64,000 bases of DNA from Diplonema japonicum (lineage: Eukaryota > Protista > Euglenozoa: Diplonemea), in NCBI GenBank assembly GCA_964019335.1, contig OZ025669.1, positions 635,094 to 699,093 on the forward strand. The letters are read 5' to 3'. Shown piece after piece: positions 45,986 to 58,048 of the stretch (position 1 is the first letter of the stretch; each line of letters begins with the position of its first letter). The notes beneath the pieces are model-generated. The model searched no databases and was not told where the DNA came from. It saw nothing but the letters and a program-made list of their open reading frames with translations. A program made the translations under genes and the position numbers.

Positions 45986-46110
45986 TCCAGTCTGGTCTGG
46001 TCCAGTCTGGTCAGTCTGGTCAGTCCAGTCAGTCTGGCATAATTGGGTTGAAATTCACACTGGATCTGGTCTGGTCCAGTCTAGTCCTAATTAGGATTCA
46101 CCCATCACTG
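45985..46110 (-). mobile_element. hAT-like terminus with CCAGACTGA subterminal repeats
   Basis: The minus strand begins CAGTGATGGGTGAATCC followed by a (CCAGACTGA)-type array abutting transposase sequence, suggesting an internal deletion. Confidence 0.55.
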
Positions 46111-46672
46111 CTCAGGGTGCTACAGTAGGGTTATTCCATGCTTTGGGATTGGCTTGGAGGGCTTGTTCCCTACCCCCATGTCAATATCACTCTTGCATGT
46201 TTCTTTTCCCTTTCATCTGCTTCTCCCTCTTTCCCCCCTTGTCAATTCACTTTTTCACTACTGCTCTCTTTGGCTTCCTTCTGTTAACTCTTCTCATCAT
46301 TTAAAACCTACCCTTACATATTTTTTGTTTACCATAGCTCACATTAGTTTCAGCCAAAGCTTGAGTCATTTCCTTGATCACCATAGCTGGGTTGTAGCTT
46401 CTTGCATTCTGCATCATTTCCTTAATCTGTGGCCAGGTTGTAGCTTCTTCTGTGTTCCGTGTTGTGTCCTTAATGTGTGTGGTGTACAGCTCAACCCCAC
46501 CTGCTTTTCCCCCGTTATAAAACATGTGCCATGTTGTGCACTGTGTTGTGCACCCTGAGTTGCATACATTGTGTGCAATGTCAGGTATGCCATATGTGCT
46601 CTGCTGGGGATTGCCCACAAAGGTCACACCCTAGACCCTACAGTGGTCTACAAGGCCATTTCAACCCTAGCC

Positions 46673-47180
46673 ATCCCGTTTATCCTCAAATGGCTGAAAG
46701 CCCTCAAGTGGGGCAAGGATGGTGGGCAGGTGTCCAAGGTGTAACTTGCAGTTGACCTAATTGCAACAGAAAGGATCCACATGGAGGGTGAAGACCTAGT
46801 GAGCTGGGCAAGAAAAATCAGCAGAATCCTAAGAGTTTTGGACAGGATTCACCAAAAAGGCATGGGGAGTCACCTGATTCCAGCAGAACCTAGGAAATCA
46901 GTACACTCTTTGCATACCCTAGGGCTCCACAGCCAACCCATCACTGGGTACTCCACTTGTCCAGTCTTTGCAACCCCAAAGGTCACCCACCCTATCCTAG
47001 AGGAACAGTGATGAACTCATTGCATCCTCAACAACTCGCTAGTTGGTTTCACACCCAAGCTGCTGAAAAGATACCATGATGGCCTAAGGCACTACCACAA
47101 CAGAAGGGATCAAACACTAGATGAGTTGATTGTCATTAGGTGATCCTGTCACATACTGCAGGTTCCCTCAAAGACATCTT
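46673..47180. repeat. Repeat copy A2 (inverted relative to A1, CpG-decayed)
   Basis: Matches A1 in reverse complement with many CG>TG/CA changes. Confidence 0.85.
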
Positions 47181-48705
47181 TATCTACAAGTATTTGCCAA
47201 AATAGAAGTGGGTTTTTACCTCTTCTCCTTTCCTTTTTTTTTCTTTCCCCTTTTTCTCATAAAACACTGATAAATGCAATTGATAGAGGGTCCCCTAGAC
47301 CCCACCAGTCTGGCTGACACTGCCCATCCCTTTTTTTACTTTTTTTTTTTTGCTTTGTACTTTTCTTGCAAAGGCCTCTTTTTAATATTTTTTTCAAAGC
47401 AGGTCTCCAAACCCCCTGACATTTTTTAATTTTTTTTTTACAAAACCCAGGGGGGTGGGGGCAAAAAAATTTTTTTTCTAGGGATCCTCACTCAATTAGC
47501 ACCCTCAAAACAGACTTTTTTGGGAATTTTTGGCCAAAAAAAAATGGTGTGCAGCTCAACCCTAGCCAGTGCTGGCAGACATGGGGAACATGGTGGAACT
47601 TGGTGGAACAGGGAATTCCTTACCTAATTTTTTTCATTCTTGAACACCCAATTTGGTCCTGAAAATGGAATTCTGAACAGCCAATGGAAATTTTGACCCC
47701 ACTTGGACTGAAAAAAATCTTTCAAAAATCACTTTAGGAATTTTCCTTTGGGTCAGGTAGTCTTTTCTGACAGATTTTCTGGTTTTATTGGGGTGTCTTG
47801 TTGGGTTAGGTTATTTTTTAAAACAACCTGCCAATAAAGTACAGTAAAACAGGGGGGGGGGGGGGTAAATACAAAGAATGAGAAAAGGTAAGTTATAAAG
47901 GAAAGAAAAATGACAGATGGACCATTACTAGGCCAAGTATAGGTGCCCTTTGTGAAAAAAATCTTATTTTCTGAGGTAAAATATCACTATTCAGGTGTTT
48001 TTGACAATTTTTTTGTGAGGAAAAAAAATTCTTTGGGCACTTTTTTTTTGACCCATGACCATCTCACTTTCACTATTAGCCTTATTAAGGTCTAGAATAG
48101 GTATTTTTGAGGGGAAAAAAATTTTTTTTTTGAGAAAAAATCAATTTAAGGGTGTTTTGGCCACTTTTTTTGGGTTAAAGACATGAACAGAATGCAGAAG
48201 AAGCTGCACATTTTACCTAATAAAATAGCTCATTATGCTGCCATCAACTAGTTTTTAGTCTTGACAATAATATTTAAGTTAAAACAAAAAAAAAGGTAAG
48301 GAATTCCCTGTTCCACCAAGTTCTGGTTCTGCCATTCCACCAAGTTCTGACTTTCAGTTTGGTGGAAGGGAATGGAATGACCCACCCCTGCATGAGCAGA
48401 ATCTTGGTTACCCAAGATGCCCCAGCTGGGGCTGAACACCACACACATTAAGGACATGACACAGAATGCAGAAGAAGCTACAACTTGGCTGTGGTGTACC
48501 CCTGTAATCAAGTAGTCTTGTGCAGGTCCTTTAACTTATATATCTCTCACCATGGCCAGGTTGTAGCTTCTTCTGTGTTCTGCATCAATCACCACAGCTG
48601 GGTTGTATTACATCCAAATACAACATTTCCAGACATATGTACATACCTGCAGCTGCAGTGCACTGGCTTGATGGAGCTGTGCATGTCTGTGGTATGAAGA
48701 AAAAG

Positions 48706-48738
<33 letters not shown>

Positions 48739-48852
48739 TGTCCAAAAATATTTGAAAAAAAAGTGTTTGCAGGTGTGTCAAAAATTGCAGAAAATTTTTG
48801 AGTCTGGTCAGTCTGGTCAGTCTGGTAAATGGGTACACCAGACCAGACTGGA

Positions 48853-49155
48853 CAGTGTTGGTCCAGACCCTTGAGGGACTCAGGGGACTCTAAGGGACAG
48901 GACAGGAGTCCCCTGAAATTTTCAGGGGTCTGGAGGGGACTCAGGGGACTGAAGGGACTCAAGGGACTCAGGGGACTCAGGGGTCTGGAGGGGACTCTTG
49001 GGACCAAAAAATTTCTTTGTGTTTTTTGTCACAAAGACCCAAATTTAGGCTGGGGCTTGCATTTTTTTGGTACTTTTGGTTTCAAAGGTTCAAAAAAAGA
49101 GGTCCAAGGTTTGGGTGGGATGTGAGGCAAGGCTCATACTACCTTGTTGTGGCTA

Positions 49156-49198
<43 letters not shown>

Positions 49199-49276
49199 AA
49201 AAAAAATGTCAGGGGGTTTGGAGACCTGCTTTGAAAAAAATATTAAAAAGAGGCCTTTGCAAGAAAAGTACAATGC

Positions 49277-49307
<31 letters not shown>

Positions 49308-50704
49308 AAAAAGGGATGGGCAGTGTTGGCCAGACTGGTGGTCTGAGGGGTCTGGCCCACAAACCACCCCAACACTGCAAATTTTCGACCACACCATGTG
49401 GTGTGTTGTGACATATTTTACACCATATTTCGCATACCTGATGTTCTACATGATGTATGCAACACAGGGTGCACAACACGGCACGTGTTTTATAACATGT
49501 ACCACTATGCTGCACAGGAAAAGCAGGTGTCACAAAAAAAAAAAAAAAAAAAAATCAGTGTGCATGGGGGTGCTGACTGTTGGTAGAAAAAAAAAAAAAA
49601 AAAAAAAAAATCTTTTATCTTCTTTTTCAGGTGGTGGGGATAACATGAAAATATAAGAAAAACATCAGATGTGTTGTTTGCTGTTGACCTCCTCATCTGT
49701 CATCACTGAGCAAACAACACAAGCGCAGAATCTTGGTTACCTGGGGTGCCCTGGCTGGTGTTGAGCTGAACACCACACACATTAAGGACACGACACAGAA
49801 CGCAGAAGAAGCTACAACCCAGCCGTCCGGCCATCGTGATTAAGGAAATGACACGGAACACAAAAAGCTACAACTCGGCCACGGTGATTAAGGACACGAT
49901 GCAGAATGCAGAAGAAGCTACAACCCGGCCGTGGTGGTTAAGGAAATGACACGGAATGCAAGAAGTTACAACCTGGCTGCAGTGATTAAGGGCATGATGT
50001 GGAACGCAGAAGAAGCTACATCCCGGCCACGGTGATTAAGGAAACAATGCAGAACGCAGAAGAAGCTACAACTCGGCTGTGGTGCACCCCCCTGTAATCA
50101 AGTAGACAGTTCTTGTGCAGGGTGCTGCCAACACCAGCCTCCTTTAACTCATATATTTATCTCCTATATATTATTTTCAGGTGGGGGGGGGGGGGGGGAC
50201 AACATGAAAATATGTGCAACAAACAGGCAGTGCGATGCAGGGGTTGAGCTGTACGTCACACGCATTAGGGGCACGGCGCTGAAAGCAAGGAACCGATCTG
50301 TTTACACAGGTTGTATAAACATACACACCCTCCTCTTGTACATATTATTTATTATTTCCCCTTTTCTATTGCATCCAAATACAACATTTGATGTGGAAAG
50401 CAGAAACAACAGCTTGGCTTAGGTGTGTGAAAAAATGTGAGAAGACAAGAAAAAAAAGAAGAAAAAAAAAAAAAAAGGTAAACACATCATCTATGTCAAA
50501 AAAAATCAAGGATTTTTTTCTCTTTTTTTTTTTCCCCATTTTTTTTTTTTTTTTTCCCAAAGGGAAAAAAAGAAAAAAAAAAAAAAAAAAAGTTGCAAAA
50601 CTATCAAAAATAATGACAGTGTTGGGGAAAGTCCCGTGAGTCCCGTGAGTCCCGTCCAGGCCCGTATTCCGTTTTAGGGGACGGGACGGGACTGACCAAC
50701 ACTG
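48853..50704 (-). mobile_element. Non-autonomous TIR DNA transposon, copy B2 (inverted relative to B1)
   Basis: Same TIRs and internal sequence as B1; flanks are GACTGGA and GACAGGA. Confidence 0.88.
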
Positions 50705-50960
50705 GACAGGAATGAGCTGTTTGAGTGCTTGGTCAGACACCTGAAACCGTTTGCAAATGCATGGAACTTGGAGTCGTCAGAAGAACAGCTCCGTGTTCAA
50801 ATTAATAAATATTGTGCAATGGGTAGGAGTGAGAATTTTAATTATTTTAGTTTTTGGAACGCTAAACTGTGCAAGATGGGCACCCTGGCAACTTTTGCCT
50901 TGGCCCTTGGCACCAGTTTAGCTTCTGAAGCCCCAACAGAGTGCCATTTCAAAGTGGTTA
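50705..50960 (+). pseudogene. hAT transposase C-terminal dimerisation-domain fragment
   Basis: FSFWNAKLCKMGTLATFALALGTSLASEAPTECHF fits the hAT consensus FW...LA..A...L...AS.A..ER.F. Confidence 0.75.
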
Positions 50961-51299
50961 ATCAAGATGTAGACTTGATACAAAGGTTGTTAATGCTTGC
51001 CTGCAAATTGTGGTGAATTACCACTTTGTGAAGCCCCTGTTTTTTGAAGGGGAGCAAAAAGAGAAGCATAGCCGTGCAAAACGGGCAGAGCATTGTAGAG
51101 TTGAGGAAAGTGAGAGAGATCTGTTTACACAGACTCAGCTTCCTTTACACTACTTTTCCCATCACTCACATTTCCCCTCCCCCTTTTTTTATTTCCTCGT
51201 TCCCTTGTATATCTTTAATTCTCGTTTACTAACTAAAAGAAGTTTCACAGGAGCTAGGGAAAAACAGGGAAGTACAAAAATGTGTCAAGGTACATGTTG

Positions 51300-52410
51300 T
51301 GGGCACTTGGGACACTCTGGCTGGGGTTGAGCTGTACACCACACACATTAAAGACATGACACGGAACGCAGAAGAAGCTACAACCCGGCCGCGGTGCACC
51401 CCCTGTAAGTAGACAGTTCTTGTGCAGGGTGCCACCAACACTGGCCTCCTTTAACTCTTATCGTTCAGGTGGGGATAACATGGAAATATAAGAAGTACAT
51501 CAGATGTGTTGTTTGCTGTTGACCTCCTCATTGACAAACAGGCATTTCCTCCATCCACTTGGCCAGTCATCACCTGTAGCACCCTGAGTGGAAGAACAAA
51601 TTGCAGATGCTCAGGGTGAGTAAACTACTTAGGGCACCAGCTGGGGTTGAGCTGCACACCACATGCATTAAGGACACGATGCAGAACGCAGAAGCAGCCA
51701 AGGTGCACCCCCTGTCACTGAAAAAAAAGCAAAAAAAAAAAAAAAAAAAAAAAAATCATTGTCCAAAAATATTTGAAAAAAAAGTGTTTGCAGGTGTGTC
51801 AAAAATTGCAGAAAATTTTCGAGTCCAGTCTTGCCCTGGCTGGGGTTGAGCTGAACACCACACACATTAAGGACACGACACAGAATGCAGAAGAAGCTGT
51901 GGTGTACCCCCTGTAATCAAGTAGTCTTGTGCAGGTCCTTTAACTCATATATCTCTCACCACAGCCAGGTTGTAGCTTCTTCTGCATTCCACATTGATCA
52001 CCACAGCCAGGTTACATCCAAATACAACATTTCCAGACATATGTACATACCTGCAGCTGCAGTGCACTGGAGTAGATAGGTGCAAATTGCTTGATGGAGC
52101 TGTGCATGTCTGTGGTACAAAGAAGAAGAAGAAGAAAAAAAAAAAAAAAAAAAAAAAGGAAAAAAAAAATCATTGATTTTTGGCTATTTCCAGAAAAAAA
52201 ATTTTGGGGTCAAAAATGGCCAAAGTGACCCCAAGTTTGGGGTCCCCTGGGAAAAAAAAATTTTTTTTGGCCAAAAATTTCCAAAAAAGTCTGTTTTGAG
52301 GGTGCTAAATGTGTGAGGGTCCGATCATTGATTTTTGGCTATTTCCAGAAAAAAAAATTTTTTTTTGCCCCCCCACCCCCTGGCCCCCCCACGCCCCCCT
52401 AGGTTTTTTC
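51300..52410. repeat. Mosaic of TE fragments and ~48-bp minisatellite units
   Basis: GCAGAAGAAGCTACAAC units; segments duplicated at ~48420-48800 and, inverted, at ~47450-47545. Confidence 0.75.
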
Positions 52411-52873
52411 CCATAACAACACTTATCAGGTGGAGGAAGACTAAACAACACTTGTGATTGGTTCCCATTCCATATACTCTCACTCCTATCAACCAAGCTA
52501 CAATGTATCAACAGTGACTCAACACCATTTGTGATGTCTGCTTTATTAGGGGCTATCATACTAGTTGATATAACCTGACCACTTGTAAATCCTGAGAGAC
52601 TATATAGTGACCCTATAATAAATCTCACTTGGTACCATAGGTCCCATCATCAAAGGTTTGTGTCTTCCAACTACTTCCATTATCATCACTATATTCAAAC
52701 ACATTGTTACCTTGTCCTGCTGATATGTTTGTCCAAGAATAGTACATATTACACTTTGATAGACTGATCTCATACTTCTTATTACTGTCAAGATGAAGAG
52801 CTGGAGATATCTCATGGGTGAAGTCAGTTGGATTTAGATAACCATCACTTAATAAGGTGATTGAAACAACCAT
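52410..52873 (-). pseudogene. Minor capsid protein (penton), frameshifted and truncated
   Basis: YYSWTNIS..GNNVFEYS...DGTY in one frame, then ADITNGVESLLIHCSLVD...NGNQSQVLFS in another; cut by TE sequence. Confidence 0.8.
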
Positions 52874-52876
52874 TTT

Positions 52877-54864
52877 TTATACACTCAATAACCATTTATT
52901 TAAGGTTTTATGTTCTCTTTCACCAATCTTTCCTACCTTAAAAAGATAGTCAAGTAAGTGAACAGCTCTATTCCTTGCCTCTTGTGAACTGTTACCAGCT
53001 TTGATTGCTGCAGCAAGTTTCATAAAGCTTCCATGTGCTTCTTCAATAGTTGTGAGAATTGGTCCCCTAAACACAACACCATTACCTCTTCTCTTTTTTC
53101 CTGCTAATGATCTTAGTTTATCTTCTTTGTTTGACCTTGATGCAAATGTAGGAGAAGTACTTATATCTGCAAAGCCTCTTATTGCTTCTGGATTATAGTT
53201 GTTAAAGGCAACCCCTTTCATAATAAGAGGGGCTGCAAGAAGAACTGCTATCTCTGGAGTAATTACAAAGTCGTCACCTGTATTTAATCATCATCTAAGT
53301 GATAAATAAGAAGACCGCCAATAGGGGTAGTTCCTTTACTAGGTATTGGTACTAAGATATTAGGTAGGAAGGATATAGAACTGATTGTCGCTCCCCTTCA
53401 CAAACCCGTTTGAAGGATCACCTCCTGATAATCTTTCTAAGGATTGTTTGGGGAATTCTTTCTCAATCTGTAGAAGTGCTCCATCACTGTCATTACTCAT
53501 TAACTTAGCAACACCTCCTTTCTCAATAATCTCAAAGTTTAATTGACGAGACGCTCTTCTTATAGTAACTTCTTCTGGTGATCTAAGATCTATTAGAGGA
53601 GGTGGTGTTAATGGTGTGATATATCTTGTTGACGATAGTACAGAAGGGGATATCATTTCTACATCAGGGGAGCTTTCTCAACACCTTCTTCACATTTTCA
53701 AGACCTGTCAGATTAGGATCATATTCTTCATCCAATGTATTAATTATCCTTTTTGCAATGGTAGCTATCTTACTACTTTTATGAATGTCCTTGAAACCAA
53801 TACTAAGAAGCAATTGTATAAAATCATCATAAGCCTTATGAGGGAGCTCAGCAATAGGAAAAGTATTGTCAGGTCTCATAAGCAGGTAGAGTGTCTCATA
53901 TGTGTAGGGGAGTACGAAATTCTGTATTTTGATTTCTTGATAGTCATTGCTCACGTATACCTTATGACCAGCAAAGTACATCTCTCCCTTTGATAAGTGT
54001 AAGTGAGCATAGTCCTCATTAGGATCATGTTCCAATGATAGCTGTAAAAAGATTGTTTCTTCATCTCGTGTCACAGGAAGGTATTGGTAGTTATTACTTA
54101 TTCTTATGTAGTATGGATGGTGATACTCCACTTCTCCAGGTGCAAATGTTAAAATGAGTGACCCTATCTTTTCAGGATAAAGGTTGACAATCTTCTGCTC
54201 GCCTCCAGCACCCGCAACAAGGGTATTCAAAGACGAAGGTATGAAGGGTGATGTCGCTATTGAAGTAGTAGTGACGGTTGGAACTAAGTCAACATTAGAG
54301 GGTAGGATCGCTTTGGGAGGTGATTTTCTTACAGGAATAGGGGACACTGCACTACTTGTTGTCACCACTGGGTTGGTAGAGGTTGAAGAAGTAGACTGCT
54401 TGATGGGTGATGTTGATATTGCTTGGAGGATCTGTAGTGGTTGCAGAAGATCTCACCTTTGTTTGAATTGGGGAGCTTGCAGTAGATAAGAGAGATCTTG
54501 GAGGAGGTGGTGGGAATGGTGATGTTGCTATTGTTTTTGCTTGTGGCTTGCATGCAGGAGTGTGAACTAGACCAGGTGCATGCATAGGTGCATGTGTTGG
54601 TGCTGGAGCAGGCGTAGGTGCGGCTGAGAGCGGCGTAGGTGCATGCGTTGCTGCTGGAGCAGGCGTAGGTGTGGCTGAGAGCGGCGTTGGTGCAGAGCGG
54701 GCTAGTGCTTCTGTCAATGGTTTAAACTCCTTTTCCTTTTCTGTAGCAAACAATGCTTCTTTTTGTGCTCTTTCTCTTCTTTGCTTCCTCAGCTCCTCTT
54801 TTCCTTTTCCAACAGCCTCCAAAGCCTTGATCAATTCCTTCATATTATTTGTATTGGGTAGCAT
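52877..54864 (-). pseudogene. Conserved Polinton/adintovirus core (virion) protein, fragmented over four ORFs
   Basis: N-terminal helix ending FKPLTEAL, a Pro/Thr linker, YTYETLYLL, and a C-terminal KKRRGNG...AIKAGN...HLLDYL...GKI pattern typical of these elements. Confidence 0.62.
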
Positions 54865-54881
54865 CTTCTTTTTAAAAGACA

Positions 54882-55596
54882 ATGGTTACTATTATTAACT
54901 ATGACAATCAGGTGAAAAAGACAAAACATCGTAACAGCTCTCTTTTGATGCCGCAGTGGCCCTTCAGGATGGTTATGGTTGGTGCGTCAGGAAGCGGGAA
55001 GACAAACCTTGTGATGAATCTGCTGCTTGGGAAGGACATGCTCACTTATGACAAGCTTTATGTAGTCTCTCCCTCACTTGATTAGGACAAGTATGTTGCA
55101 CTCATAGAACACTTTGAGAAGTATGATGACAAGCTTGCAGAAGAGATTAGGAAGAGAGAAAGGTATTGAACAAGAACCCGAACTCACACCTACAGCTTGC
55201 TTTCACGACACGATCGATGAATTGGATATAAACACGTTTGACAAGAGCAAGCAGAACCTTGTGGTACTTGATGACATCATGTTAGATAAGAACCAAAGTG
55301 AATATATCAACCTCTTCTCTCGAGGTCGACACTTCAACGTGTCTGTAATCTACGTTTCACAAGCATACTTCCGTGTGCCAAAGACTATTCGTGATAATAG
55401 TAGTTCTTTTATTCTTTTTTCAATGTCCCCTCGTGAAATAAACGAAATCCATAGTCGTCTCTGCACCGACTCACCGTTCAAAGTCAGAGTTTCAAGACAT
55501 GTTCTTGAAGCTTGATCGCTATGGGTTCGTCTTCATAGATGATCAGTGTGTTCAGCCTGAGATGAGATATCGGAAGGGGTTTGGTGAGATCTTGTA
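54882..55596 (+). pseudogene. A32/FtsK-like genome-packaging ATPase, inactivated
   Basis: Walker A GASGSGKT, Walker B LVVLDD, RGRHFNVSVIYVSQ, PKTIRDN and YGFVFID...RYRKGF. In-frame TAG at 55083 plus two frameshifts. Confidence 0.9.
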
Positions 55597-55687
55597 GAGA
55601 GAGAGAAAGCAAGAGTTGCAAAAATGCGCACTTTTTGCGCACTTTTTCTGTCTCCCATAAAAACCTGAAGTGCGCAAAAACAGAAGA

Positions 55688-57118
55688 ATGGCTCGAAAAG
55701 TTCTGGAAACGGTCACAAGCTGGTGGAGAAAGCAGTCACCTGAAACCAAGAGCATCGTCAAGTGGGGTGGAAGTGTTGCAGGCAGTCTTTTCACATACGA
55801 AGTAAACAAATTTCTCCACGTCCGTAGCCTTGTGAGTCCGGATATGCTGGCATCCACCCCAGAGCTTAAGCACGTTCGCAAAGACGTTGACACAACTGTA
55901 CAGAGTTTGAAAGACTACCGCAAGAACTTTAAGCGTGAAGAGAGGCAAGCCTTTGTCATACTTGTGGGTCCGAAGGCTGCTGGAAAAACCACTTCGATCG
56001 AGCGTGCTTTTGGTGGTTCGAAAGTGTTGTTTTTGGAGACAACATTGCAAGATGGGGATGCGACCGCCAACCTCAAAGCCGTTATCGAGAACGCATTTCG
56101 GCCCTACTTTTCTTTTCTGTATAACGAAACGGCAAGGTCTATTCTGAGATATGCCGACTGGATGTCCCGCTCCAGGATATTCGGGACTGGGGAACCTCTG
56201 GTCATATACTGGTCGCTGTCCGCTAAAAAGGGTGCTGATGAGATGCACAGTCTCCGAACGATCGCTGAGGTTGCCGCAACTAGTGCACGACAGCTCTCGT
56301 TCGACCATCCTGGTGGGAACATTGCTGTCGTCATTGAGACCTCAAACCCAACGGTATTGATACCTTTTCTTTAACTTTTACTTTTTTTTATCCCACAGCT
56401 TGGTGCGTTAATCCCAACAGTCCACCAGACATGCGAAACCCTGTTCCTTGACCACATGTCCTACACCGACTTTGTGAAGGCCTTCGATGCAGACCCCTTT
56501 GCCAAGAATTTCGCAGCGAGGCTTGGTGGAAAAGACAAGTATAAGGACCACCTGAAGGAGTATTACTCCTGCTTCAGCGGGAACCTCCGTGGGTTGAAGC
56601 GAGACTTCCTGAAGCCTTGTATGTCACACGATGTGAAAACCATAAAAAAATACATTCACAGTGATGGCCGTGAAGGATGCAAAGGATTTCCAGGAGAAGT
56701 TTGAAAAGAGTATGGTCAAAAAAAAAACAAACAAACGGATAGTATCAATAATACAGAGGTGGAGAACGAAAGAGAAAACATGGTTGATCGCTTTTGTCAT
56801 GCTAGGTTGACATCTGACCAGGAAGAGCTATGTAGGAAGATAGCTGAACAAGGTCCTGCTGGAATGAGGTACATGGTTCCCAGGAGTGTGCTGTCTGTAA
56901 TTCGTGCGATCCAAGAGAAGAAAGAAGCAATTGGCCTCCTCAGGGTACAGCAGGAGGAGACGATCCGCCTTCACTACATGGCGCATGTGCGCTACCTGTT
57001 AGGGAGGACTTACGACGAAGAGAAGAAAGAGTGGAAGGACAAGACACCTGAGGAGACAATGGCAGCCATGAAAAAACATGGCTGGCTACCCAAGACAGAC
57101 AAGGCAGGGAGTGCATGA
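55688..57118 (+). CDS. Intact three-intron P-loop NTPase, tuzin-like, 431 aa; join(55688..56353,56399..56618,56662..56709,56757..57118)
   Basis: Introns of 45, 43 and 47 nt (GTATTG, GTATGT and GTATGG donors; ACAG acceptors) fuse the fragments into a 1296-nt open frame. Walker A ILVGPKAAGKTT. PLVI...LSFD...VVIE recalls trypanosomatid tuzin. Confidence 0.8.
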
Positions 57119-57451
57119 TCCTTGGTGTTTTTTATTCTGAAACCTTTTTTTTTTCTCACTCCTTGCAAAAACACTGGTGTGAGCTTGGCACCATTTGACA
57201 TAATAATGGTACAAGCTAGCAAGATGAGTGCGATTTTTATTCTTTTTTCTTCTTCTTCTACTTTTTTCTCTTAAAGCTGCAGCATCTGAAATCTATGCAG
57301 CATCTTTTTTATTGAATGTCTTTTTTATTTTATTTTTTTATTTTATCTTCTTGCCCACAGCTTCTTCTTGTTATTGTCATTATACCTAATAAAGAAAACA
57401 TACAGGGAATAGGGATACCAAATATCTTAATACACATTTAACCAATGTGCA

Positions 57452-58048
57452 TCATTCTCTCACTTTCTCATAAGCAATCTTTGCAGCAAACACCGGTATG
57501 CTTGCTAAATTAGATAACTTATCCATAGGGTTTGTGTTCAAAGGGTTCATGATGTTGACAGCATTGTCCTTCATAAGATAAAGGTCTGCCTTTTGTTTCA
57601 TTTTCAACAACTCCTTTTTAGATTTAGCAACACGTCCTGTGTGGTGGGAACGTAGATCATGGTACATTGCCGCTTCATCCAAAGTACTCTTTGGTGGTGT
57701 TTTTATTGCTTTTGGGTTTACTTTCTCCCCTTCCCATGCTCTTTCAGCGTTCGCGTCCAGATTATTTATTCTCTCCTCCAACTTAGTTCCTGGACCTGCA
57801 AACGCTGCTTTTTCAACCCCTTTTGAGGTGACGACTGGGAAGTGCAACTCTGTGTTTGGGAACGTGTCTGTGACAAGCTTCTGAAGGTCTCCGCCTTTCT
57901 TTCTTTTCATGGGTATAAAGGTAAACTTCTTTGTTCCACACGTCTTGCAGATGCTCTTTATTGCTCGTCGCTTGTTTTTAGTTTCCACTTCCTCCTTATT
58001 TTCTGATAAAGTTCTTGCTCTACATTTAACACAATATGAAGTGCTCAT
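57452..58048 (-). CDS. Zn-ribbon plus parvovirus-type phospholipase A2 virion protein
   Basis: YCVKC...CKTCGTKK zinc ribbon, KKGGDL, Ca-loop FAGPGT, catalytic LDEAAMYHDL and AD motifs. Confidence 0.85.
   Translation of the reverse strand: MSTSYCVKCRARTLSENKEEVETKNKRRAIKSICKTCGTKKFTFIPMKRKKGGDLQKLVTDTFPNTELHFPVVTSKGVEKAAFAGPGTKLEERINNLDANAERAWEGEKVNPKAIKTPPKSTLDEAAMYHDLRSHHTGRVAKSKKELLKMKQKADLYLMKDNAVNIMNPLNTNPMDKLSNLASIPVFAAKIAYEKVRE

Noticed and set aside
43045-50704. One 7.7-kb foldback element, or Polinton TIRs
   Set aside because: Each arm has its own TIRs and TSD halves, and the arms do not flank the viral genes.
55083-55085. In-frame TAG in the ATPase as possible stop-codon reassignment or readthrough
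   Set aside because: The same gene also has two frameshifts and host genes use TAG as a stop; simple pseudogenisation or sequence error is more likely.
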